The notes beneath the pieces are model-generated. The model saw only the letters and a program-made list of their open reading frames with translations, was not told the DNA's origin and did not search any database. DNA of 64,000 bases from Planctomycetota bacterium (GTDB taxonomy: Bacteria; Planctomycetota; Planctomycetia; Pirellulales; UBA1268): the NCBI GenBank assembly GCA_003669585.1, contig QWOQ01000005.1:266502-330501 (forward strand), written 5' to 3'. Positions 1 through 7,444 of this stretch are shown here, piece by piece; position 1 is the first letter of the stretch, and every line of letters begins with the position of its first letter. The translations under genes and the position numbers were made by a program.

Positions 1-600
1 ACGATGCTCCTGCACAATCCGAGAGACACGTTCGGTGAGTCGTCGCCGATGCTCTTCAAGCATTTCCGGTCCGCGTGCGGCGATCTGACTGACGATCTGA
101 TCTGCTGCAGCACAGCCCGCGAGCATTTCCCGCGTCATCGCATTTCCCTCCACCCGTCGCATCGACTGGAGCTTTGCGGTAGCTTCTTCTAACGTGCAAC
201 GCACCAGTTCCCAGGTCGATTCGACCATGTCGTTCGATGGCTCCGCGTCTTGCACAATTCCAGGAAGTGCCAGCAATCCCTCAACGCGATCAGGTGCAGA
301 CAGACCGTGCGATTTTGAAAATTCTTGAATCTGTTTTAAGTGAGCAGACAATCGATCGGTGTCGATGCGACGGCCGAGCAGTTCACCACTGCCGTTCAAA
401 TCAAGACTCATCTGCACGGTTCCACGACGAATAGACTCTCGGAGTGTTGTCTCAATTCGCGATTCGAAACGGCCAAAACCGTCGCGTGCCTTCAAGGAGA
501 ATTTGAAGTGTCGATTATTGACTGTTCTCAGTTCAATTCGGCAGGTTATTCCTGCTTGAGTTTGAATCGATTCTCCAAATCCTGTCATGCTCAGCGCCAT
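1..600 (-). CDS. yicC: YicC-family stress-induced protein (YicC-like endoribonuclease), partial: the 3' end runs off the left window edge
   Basis: Absent from the ORF track because no stop lies in the window. Reverse-strand ATG at 600-598 is preceded by GGAG. I checked every codon of this frame from 600 to 1 and found no stop. The translation MALSMTGFGESIQTQAGITCRIELRTVNNRHFKFSLKARDGFGRFESRIE carries the SMTGFG and R-x-VN-x-R N-terminal signature of YicC. Confidence 0.8.
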   Translation of the reverse strand, partial: MALSMTGFGESIQTQAGITCRIELRTVNNRHFKFSLKARDGFGRFESRIETTLRESIRRGTVQMSLDLNGSGELLGRRIDTDRLSAHLKQIQEFSKSHGLSAPDRVEGLLALPGIVQDAEPSNDMVESTWELVRCTLEEATAKLQSMRRVEGNAMTREMLAGCAAADQIVSQIAARGPEMLEEHRRRLTERVSRIVQEHR

Positions 601-676
601 CAAATCTCCAGCAATGCGGTGGAATGAAATTCTGACGGCTCTGTTCCCGAGCGATTAGGATTCTGTCTGCAGTTCA

Positions 677-1159
677 TTATTCCTTTGGTGCGTCAGGAAC
701 CGTCTCTGAAGACGATTGTGCCGCGGGTGCAGGGGATTCGGCCGGTGGGGTCGTTGAGGATTCTTCTGGTGCCACAGGCGATGAACCTGCTGGAACTGCT
801 GGAACCGTCGATTCCGGAGTGTCAGGGATCGGTGGCTCGGAGGGATCGGCATTTGTCTCAGAGGATGTATCTACAGCCTGAGGCGCTGCTCCACCGAGAT
901 TCTGTCGCAACAGCGGCCGCTGACGACTCAGCACATTAATCGAGAGAATGCACAGCACAATCCAAAACGCGGCCACGCCGACCGTGATGCGGGTAAACAT
1001 GTCGCCGGCTTTGGTTCCAAACGCACTCTGCCCACCCATGCCACCGAGTGCTCCGGCCAAACCGCCGCCGCGTCCACGTTGAATGAGAACAAGCAAAATC
1101 AAAAAAAGTGACGTCACGACAAGCATAAAACCAAGCAAAAAACGAACCAGTTCAAACAT
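677..1159 (-). CDS. secG: Preprotein translocase subunit SecG with a long Pro/Ser/Ala/Glu-rich C-terminal tail
   Basis: The N-terminal 80 aa ([34 protein letters not shown], two TM helices) match the SecG pattern. GGAG lies upstream of the ATG at 1159. The gene sits directly downstream of tpiA, which is the classical tpiA-secG order. Confidence 0.85.
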   Translation of the reverse strand: MFELVRFLLGFMLVVTSLFLILLVLIQRGRGGGLAGALGGMGGQSAFGTKAGDMFTRITVGVAAFWIVLCILSINVLSRQRPLLRQNLGGAAPQAVDTSSETNADPSEPPIPDTPESTVPAVPAGSSPVAPEESSTTPPAESPAPAAQSSSETVPDAPKE

Positions 1160-1290
1160 CGATTCTCACTCCAGTTTTATGAAAATGCTTTTTAGCTCTA
1201 CGGCACGCGCTCAACTTTTCGACGCCTCTCGAAGCAACACCATATCGATCTCAACCCGGTTTGCCGACAGCGCCTGTCAGAAAACGTCAA

Positions 1291-2094
1291 TCAGGACTGA
1301 AATGCCTTGACAATCAAGAGAAAATCGTCCGCCTTGAGACTTGCGCCTCCTACCAAAGCCCCGTCTATATCTGGCTGCGCGGCAAGCGACCCTGCGTTGT
1401 CTGGCTTGACACTTCCACCGTATTGAATCCGGACTTTTGCTGCCGTTTCATTCGATGAAAGCTTTCCCAGAAGATTGCGAATAAATCGATGCACCTCTTG
1501 GGCCTGCTCGGGAGTTGCCACTTTGCCAGTGCCGATGGCCCAGACTGGTTCGTAGGCAATCACAATCGTTTCCAGGTTTGCTTGTGAAACTCCAGCGAGT
1601 GAACCGATCACTTGCGCCGAAACTACTTCTTCGGTTTTTCCTGATTCTCGATCTGCGAGAAGTTCGCCAACACATACAATCGGAACAAGACCTGCTGCAA
1701 ACGCAGCAAGTGTTTTTGCGGCAACGACCTGATCGGTTTCCCCCATCAGCGTGCGTCGCTCTGAGTGCCCCACAATGACATAACGGCACCCCACATCACG
1801 TAGCATTGACGCCGCTACTTCGCCGGTGAATGCACCGTTTGCAGCAGCATTCATATTCTGTGCGCCAAGAGCCACGCGTTCACCAAATGGTTTCGCTTGC
1901 GTGATCCCGATCACATTTCCAACTGCATCGAGATAGACGCTCGGGGGACACAGTACCAACTGAACATTATTGTTATCGGTAACCTGCGAAACAATTCCTT
2001 GAGCAAGAGTGATCGCACCCCTGCGATCGAGAAACATTTTCCAGTTTCCAGCTACGATCGGACTTCGAACTGATGTCACGGATACGCTTGCCAT
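1291..2094 (-). CDS. tpiA: Triosephosphate isomerase
   Basis: Motifs AGNWKM, VIVGHSERR and IAYEPVWAIGTG are present. Length is 267 aa. Confidence 0.97.
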   Translation of the reverse strand: MASVSVTSVRSPIVAGNWKMFLDRRGAITLAQGIVSQVTDNNNVQLVLCPPSVYLDAVGNVIGITQAKPFGERVALGAQNMNAAANGAFTGEVAASMLRDVGCRYVIVGHSERRTLMGETDQVVAAKTLAAFAAGLVPIVCVGELLADRESGKTEEVVSAQVIGSLAGVSQANLETIVIAYEPVWAIGTGKVATPEQAQEVHRFIRNLLGKLSSNETAAKVRIQYGGSVKPDNAGSLAAQPDIDGALVGGASLKADDFLLIVKAFQS

Positions 2095-2137
2095 ACACCA
2101 AACCTCATGCGAGTTGACTGACTATTATTTTTAGAAC

Positions 2138-2169
2138 GAATCGAGTGAAAAAAGAAAAAGACTCGATTC
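2138..2169. promoter_or_regulatory. Perfect 9-bp inverted repeat (GAATCGAGT / ACTCGATTC) with a 14-nt A-rich spacer, 44-75 nt upstream of the tpiA start
   Basis: Read directly: the arms are 2138-2146 and 2161-2169, and the spacer is GAAAAAAGAAAAAG. It could be an operator or a 5' UTR hairpin. Function is unknown. Confidence 0.4.
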
Positions 2170-2662
2170 CTGTTCGCAATTCAACACACTCTATCGGTTT
2201 GGCCGGTTGAGAAAAGGGGGAAAAGGGGACGCAGCCAATACTATCAACACGCCACCTGAACATTCTGGAAGAAAAATCAGAGTTGACTTTCCACTCTGTC
2301 ATTGAAGCCCCGTAGTGTCTTGGTTCGTGTTTCTGGAAGTAGTGGATTGCTTCACTTCAGCTTTTTCACTTTTTGTAGGCCGCGTTCCCCTGATGGGCTC
2401 AAACTGACCTCTGAAAATGATCGGCTTGCATCACCGGTGTATGGGTACCTGATCGACTGTGGATACAGTGGGCTTTGACGTCTCGTGTTCGGCGGAGTCA
2501 GTAAATCGCGATTCCCGTGCGCCTGTAAAAACAACTGTGCTACAGACTGATACCGCCAGCCGGGTATAACCAATCACAAGAGGTGTGCGTCTTGATCGTT
2601 CCAGCTTTCGCGAATTACATGACAAGGGACACTTTGAACATGCCGATAAAAGGGAACCACGC

Positions 2663-3532
2663 ATGAAGTTTGTTTTATTGTCAATACTTTGTGCGACAGC
2701 TCCGACAGTTCTCAGCGCCCAGATCCTGGAAAAACTTCCTTCCTGTCAAATGGTTCAAGCTCCCTGGGCGGACGGCGACAGCTTCTCTATAAAGACTCTT
2801 CGCGGTGAGCAGCACACGATTCGTCTCTACGGAGTCGACTGCATTGAGATGCATGTGAACGATGACACAGATGCTCGCCGCTTGCGTGCTCAGCGGCGTT
2901 ATTTTGGAATCTCTGAAGTCGGCGGCTCACCACAGGCATCAATTACTCTGGCGAAAGAAAATGGCACCATGGCTGCCGTCGAAACAGCGAGAGCGCTAGC
3001 TCAGCCGTTTACGGTGTACACATCGTTTGCCGATGCCCGCGGCGATGCCAAATTCAAACGCTTCTATGCTTTTGTGAGAACAGCCAACGGTGACGATCTT
3101 GGCGAACGGCTCGTACGTCTCGGATTGGCACGCGCTTTTGGTGTTTACCGTGAAACACCTGATGGAAAGCACTCCGATGTCTATCGGGAAAAGCTGCGCG
3201 ATCTCGAGCTTCTCGCTTCGAAAATGGAAAACGGCATTTGGTCAAAGACAGATTGGAGCAAACTTCCAGCAGAGCGCGCCATGCAGCGCGAGGAGGATGC
3301 TGAACTTGGCCTTGCCACCGGATCAAAAAAAACAGGCCCGACGACTCTGGTCGATATCAATACCGCCTCACGCGATCAACTTCTGACCATTCCTGGAGTC
3401 GGAGAGGCTACGGTCAACCGGATTATTCAAGGCAGGCCATACTCGACGGTTGACGATCTTCGCAACGTCGAAGGCCTCGGTCCCAAGATCCTCGATACGC
3501 TTCGGAAATATGTGCAGGTAAAAAGTCGATAA
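2663..3532 (+). CDS. Secreted thermonuclease (SNase)-like nuclease fused to a C-terminal ComEA-type helix-hairpin-helix DNA-binding domain
   Basis: The ATG at 2663 gives the signal peptide MKFVLLSILCATAPTVLSAQ. The GTG at 2585 adds an implausible 26-aa leader. An SNase-like IRLYGVDCIEM motif is present. The C-terminus DINTASRDQLLTIPGVGEATVNRIIQGRPYSTVDDLRNVEGLGPK is a ComEA-type tandem HhH. Confidence 0.75.
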   Translation: MKFVLLSILCATAPTVLSAQILEKLPSCQMVQAPWADGDSFSIKTLRGEQHTIRLYGVDCIEMHVNDDTDARRLRAQRRYFGISEVGGSPQASITLAKENGTMAAVETARALAQPFTVYTSFADARGDAKFKRFYAFVRTANGDDLGERLVRLGLARAFGVYRETPDGKHSDVYREKLRDLELLASKMENGIWSKTDWSKLPAERAMQREEDAELGLATGSKKTGPTTLVDINTASRDQLLTIPGVGEATVNRIIQGRPYSTVDDLRNVEGLGPKILDTLRKYVQVKSR

Positions 3533-3678
3533 CGAACGTTCTACAACCCGCTTGATGCCTGCCTCGCGTCAAACACTCGTTCGATCAAAGCTTGAGCAGC
3601 GTCACAGCACTCTGATTCTCGCTCTTCAGCGAATCTCGTGAAAACGTGGCGAGAGTACTCACAAAATCTCTTGTGCAT

Positions 3679-6063
3679 TTAATCGATGAGTTCAACAAGC
3701 ACCGTTGTTTCAGAAATCACCCGATCGGAACCGCCTTTGAGAAGCGTTGCGCGAATTTTCAGTATGTGCTCCAGATGAGATGATGCTGTTGGAGCGATAG
3801 AAATGGTGAACTCGCAGCGTGCCACATCAGCGGCAAGATCCTGCGGTTTCGCCACGAAGAGCAATTGTTGAGATTCTTGACAGCAGAGTTCCAGAGTCAC
3901 CGGTTCGGTCAGTTTTTCTGAGCGATCAACGTGGATCACAACGGAAATGTCTGTGCCAGGTTTCCCCTGAAATTCATTTGCAACAGCCGAAATTTTTAAC
4001 AGGGCTCCGGTGGGCAGAAAGCCCATGCGGGTTTTTTGGGCACTGACTGCGTAGCGAACATTGCCTTTTGGGTCGGCAACCTTGGCAACACCGTTAACGA
4101 CCATCCTTGAGGTGCGTGTTGTTTCGAGCCATTCGGGCAAATAGATGGGATACAAAATGCGATTCACACCCGGCGGAACAATGAGTTGGGGCCCTGTGAT
4201 GCCCTGCACGTGTCGGCCCTGCATGGAGTTCATTTCCAGCACGATCTCTGCGTTAAATCCGGCGTCGCGAGCAATCAGCACCGGAGCTGGAAATGTCGAA
4301 CCACGCGGCCATTTTGTGACGTCGTCCTGACCTTCAGCATCGATCGAAAACGGAGGCTTCATGGTCGTTGCGACGAGCACCGGACCGGCTGTCCGTTGAA
4401 TGGGGCGATCCTTGATTGTCGCGAGTCCCACCACTTCGACGAAGGTCGCGGCGGCCGCGGCGTCGGCGGCCACCGAGAATTCTACACTCAGCACATTCTG
4501 GTTCGCGGCAACCTGGAGTCGTTCCGGCACGGTGACTCCAACTGGCAGACCCGACACTGTCACATCGATCGCTTCTGTCAATCCACCGAAGCGAGTGACA
4601 TTGATCGCGAGAGACGCCTTGCCGCCGATAGGTGCGTTGAGCAACATCGGAATACTGAGCTCAAAACCTGGCTGCGCATATTGCACCGACAGATGATAGG
4701 TCGCTGCGCGCGTGCCGCTCTTCGACGCGACATCGTTCACTCTGATGGTATAGTCTCCATCTGCTGGAACCTGGAATTCGACTCTCGCGTCAGTTGAACC
4801 AAGTCGATCGTCATTGCGAGCCAGTTCTTTTCCTTCGTGATCACAAATGGCGAACACAGCGTCAACCTGCGAACCTGTCTTCTCGTGGGAGACCTCAACG
4901 GCCCAGACTTCACCTTTTTTTCCAGTAATCGCATAGCGATCGACGCCGAATCGTTGGTCCAGCACTCCTGTAACTCCGCTCGGAACGCTTAACGTGAAAA
5001 CGCCAGCCGGTTGCTGAACGTCATCGCTGACATGCATCACAAATGGCCTACTGTCGCCGTGTACCGTCGTCAGTAGGTGCACAAATGAAGAGGACTTTTT
5101 GTCATCGGGAAACGTCACATCCCGTATCACGGATTCGAGTCTTGCCTGCCCCGTCGCGATACCGTAGCCCACGAATTCGACGGGGCGAGATTCACCGCGG
5201 CGTCCGACCGACGGAAGAGCGGTGACAACCCGTGGCCCCGGCGTGATCGTCAGCTGATACACAAATGCCCGATCACCGCGAAAGTCGAGATCATAGATCG
5301 CCGCGGTATACGATTCGTGGGCGTTGGCAGAAAACGTCACAATCGTATCGTCTCCTGCCGTGTCTGCCGCTTCAGCGATGATTCGACCACTGTGATCTCG
5401 AATTTCTATGACGGAGTTGAGCTTCGAACTGATGGAACGCGCGGCAATCGAACAGGTGATCGGTCCAGATTGTGTCGATGTGAATCGATAGCGATCAACC
5501 TCCCCAATGAGTTGAATCTGACCAGAAATGCACACCGGAAGTGATTCGATCAATTGCGGTACAGATTCCGATTCATCGTCGAGTGTCCTTTTCGCTTCTA
5601 CCACATGTGCGGTGTGACTGACCGCAAAACTTCCGGTGGCCGTGGCTCCATTGGCGTTGGCAGCTTGCCACTTCACGATGCCAGGCAGAACATCGGCAGG
5701 GATGATCAATCGAGCTTTTATTTCTCGCGGTAAGGGATCGGGAGAACGCCTCGATTTCTTGCCGAACCAATACGGCGGTTCGGGCACAAGGACTGGTCCC
5801 GGAAGACCAATGATCTCGAATTGGATTCGGCGGTCATGCGCAAACAACTGCATATCCGGCGTCCAGTCGTAGCCACCGAGCATCACTTCAATCGTCTGAC
5901 CTGCCTGCCCACCCGGCGGGAACATGTATCCGATGGCCGGTGGATGCTGGCCGAGGGCGACCTGCGGAAGGTTGAACAGAATCAGTGTGATCAGCAATGC
6001 AACCGAGCTATGCTCCAGTCGCAGATGCAGAAATTCAACGATGCGTTTTCGAAGGATTCGCAC
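3679..6063 (-). CDS. Exported multidomain protein with two pre-peptidase C-terminal (PPC)-like domains and Ig-like C-terminal modules (cassette A, third gene)
   Basis: GTG start at 6063 lies 3 nt after the DUF1501 stop. N-terminal hydrophobic signal/anchor: VALLITLILFNLPQVALGQ. PPC-like segments: EVDRYRFTSTQSGPITCSIAARSISSKLNSVIEIRDHSGRII and GVDRYAITGKKGEVWAVEVSHEKTGSQVDAVFAICDHEGKELARNDDRLGSTDARVEFQVPADGDYTIRV. It is colinear with the 754-aa protein at 28702-30966. Confidence 0.7.
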   Translation of the reverse strand: MRILRKRIVEFLHLRLEHSSVALLITLILFNLPQVALGQHPPAIGYMFPPGGQAGQTIEVMLGGYDWTPDMQLFAHDRRIQFEIIGLPGPVLVPEPPYWFGKKSRRSPDPLPREIKARLIIPADVLPGIVKWQAANANGATATGSFAVSHTAHVVEAKRTLDDESESVPQLIESLPVCISGQIQLIGEVDRYRFTSTQSGPITCSIAARSISSKLNSVIEIRDHSGRIIAEAADTAGDDTIVTFSANAHESYTAAIYDLDFRGDRAFVYQLTITPGPRVVTALPSVGRRGESRPVEFVGYGIATGQARLESVIRDVTFPDDKKSSSFVHLLTTVHGDSRPFVMHVSDDVQQPAGVFTLSVPSGVTGVLDQRFGVDRYAITGKKGEVWAVEVSHEKTGSQVDAVFAICDHEGKELARNDDRLGSTDARVEFQVPADGDYTIRVNDVASKSGTRAATYHLSVQYAQPGFELSIPMLLNAPIGGKASLAINVTRFGGLTEAIDVTVSGLPVGVTVPERLQVAANQNVLSVEFSVAADAAAAATFVEVVGLATIKDRPIQRTAGPVLVATTMKPPFSIDAEGQDDVTKWPRGSTFPAPVLIARDAGFNAEIVLEMNSMQGRHVQGITGPQLIVPPGVNRILYPIYLPEWLETTRTSRMVVNGVAKVADPKGNVRYAVSAQKTRMGFLPTGALLKISAVANEFQGKPGTDISVVIHVDRSEKLTEPVTLELCCQESQQLLFVAKPQDLAADVARCEFTISIAPTASSHLEHILKIRATLLKGGSDRVISETTVLVELID

Positions 6064-6066
6064 TCT

Positions 6067-7416
6067 TCAGGACACCTCCATCAGATCATGAATCACTTTG
6101 CCACCGTCAACGATCGGCACAGGACGGCCGAGTGGCCCGAGAAATGTACGGTCAGGATCGATACCCATAAGAACTGAAATCGTTCGGAGCAGATCGTTGA
6201 CGCCGACGGGATTTCCTGTTGGCGCCATGGCATGTTTGTCGGTCGCTCCGATCACCTGACCCGGCTTCGTACCGCCGCCAGCAAAGATAATGGTCTGCGC
6301 CATCGACCAGTGATCTCGTCCCGCTCCAGCATTGATCCGTGGCGTGCGCCCCATTTCGCCCATCATCACCACCAGCGTTTCATCCAGCAGTCCGCGTTCT
6401 TTTAAGTCTGTGATCAGTGCACTGAACGCTCTGTCGGCGTAGGGAATCAGGTCCGTTTTAAGACTGGGAAAACAGTTGAAGTGCACGTCCCAGCCTGGTG
6501 CATCGACACCCACAAAACGGCAACCGCCTTCGACGAGTCTTCGTGCGAGCAAAGCACATTGGCCGAGTTGCGTGCGGCCATAGGCATCTCGTACGGCATC
6601 CGGCTCAGCCTGAATGTTAAACGCCTTTCGGGCATCTTGAGACGTCACCAAACTGTAGGCTTTTTCATAATAGATCGACATAGCCTTCCCATGGCTCTGA
6701 TTGCGTTGCCGCTCCAATTGATCAACGCCAGACAGTAACTGCTTTCGAAGACTGAGGCGTTTCTCCGAAAGGTTGACGGGGGGCCGCAGATCCTTCACTT
6801 CAAAGTCAGGCTGAGTGGGATCGGCTTCAATCACAAACGGCGCATGTTCCGCGCCATAAAATCCGGGGCCACCGGCCGACATCGGGTGTGGCAAATTGAT
6901 GTACGCCGGCAACGCACCGCGCTGGTTCAGAGTTCGTGAAACGACTGAACCGATGGATGGGAAATACTCGTTGTTGGGGACAGGGTTATCGCCATCCGCA
7001 AAGCTCGGCCGATGCCCTGTCATCACATAATGGTATCCCGTCGAGTGTCCGTTATCGCTGTGACTGTGACTCCGAAGAATCGTGTACTGATCAGCAATCT
7101 GCGCACACAACGGAAGTTGATCCGTGACAAAAATACCGGGGACATTCGTGCTGATCGTGCCGAATGGTCCACGAATTTCCGTTGGTGCTTCCGGTTTCGG
7201 ATCCCACATATCGAGATGAGGTGGACCTCCCTCCAAAAACAGAAAAATGCACGACTTTGCTTTGGGCGATACCGGACTTGCAGCAAGCGCCTGAAGCTCA
7301 AGCAGACGCGGCAACGTCATGCCGCCGATCAGACCGCACGTCCCGACACGCAGAAGGTGTCGGCGCGAAATGCCATTGCAGTTGTGATGGGGCCTGCCGA
7401 GTGATAACTGAAACAT
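6067..7416 (-). CDS. DUF1501 family protein (sulfatase/alkaline-phosphatase-like fold) with a Tat signal (cassette A)
   Basis: Twin-arginine leader: SRRHLLRVGTCGLIGG. Motifs FLEGGPPHLDMWDPKP and GRDHW are typical of DUF1501. GAGGA lies 10 nt upstream of the ATG. Confidence 0.9.
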   Translation of the reverse strand: MFQLSLGRPHHNCNGISRRHLLRVGTCGLIGGMTLPRLLELQALAASPVSPKAKSCIFLFLEGGPPHLDMWDPKPEAPTEIRGPFGTISTNVPGIFVTDQLPLCAQIADQYTILRSHSHSDNGHSTGYHYVMTGHRPSFADGDNPVPNNEYFPSIGSVVSRTLNQRGALPAYINLPHPMSAGGPGFYGAEHAPFVIEADPTQPDFEVKDLRPPVNLSEKRLSLRKQLLSGVDQLERQRNQSHGKAMSIYYEKAYSLVTSQDARKAFNIQAEPDAVRDAYGRTQLGQCALLARRLVEGGCRFVGVDAPGWDVHFNCFPSLKTDLIPYADRAFSALITDLKERGLLDETLVVMMGEMGRTPRINAGAGRDHWSMAQTIIFAGGGTKPGQVIGATDKHAMAPTGNPVGVNDLLRTISVLMGIDPDRTFLGPLGRPVPIVDGGKVIHDLMEVS

Positions 7417-7444
7417 ACGTAATTGTCCTCGTCAATGTGTGCCA

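Noticed and set aside
2585-2662. Extended N-termini suggested by the longest-ORF track: 2585, 10329, 19999, 22216, 28690, 35242, 41226, 44829, 46592, 49040, 50052 and 52676.
   Set aside because: In these cases the longest start is GTG or TTG, lacks a Shine-Dalgarno, overlaps an upstream gene, or overlaps a candidate promoter. An internal ATG with an AGGA/GGAG-type SD gives a sensible signal peptide or family-typical N-terminus.
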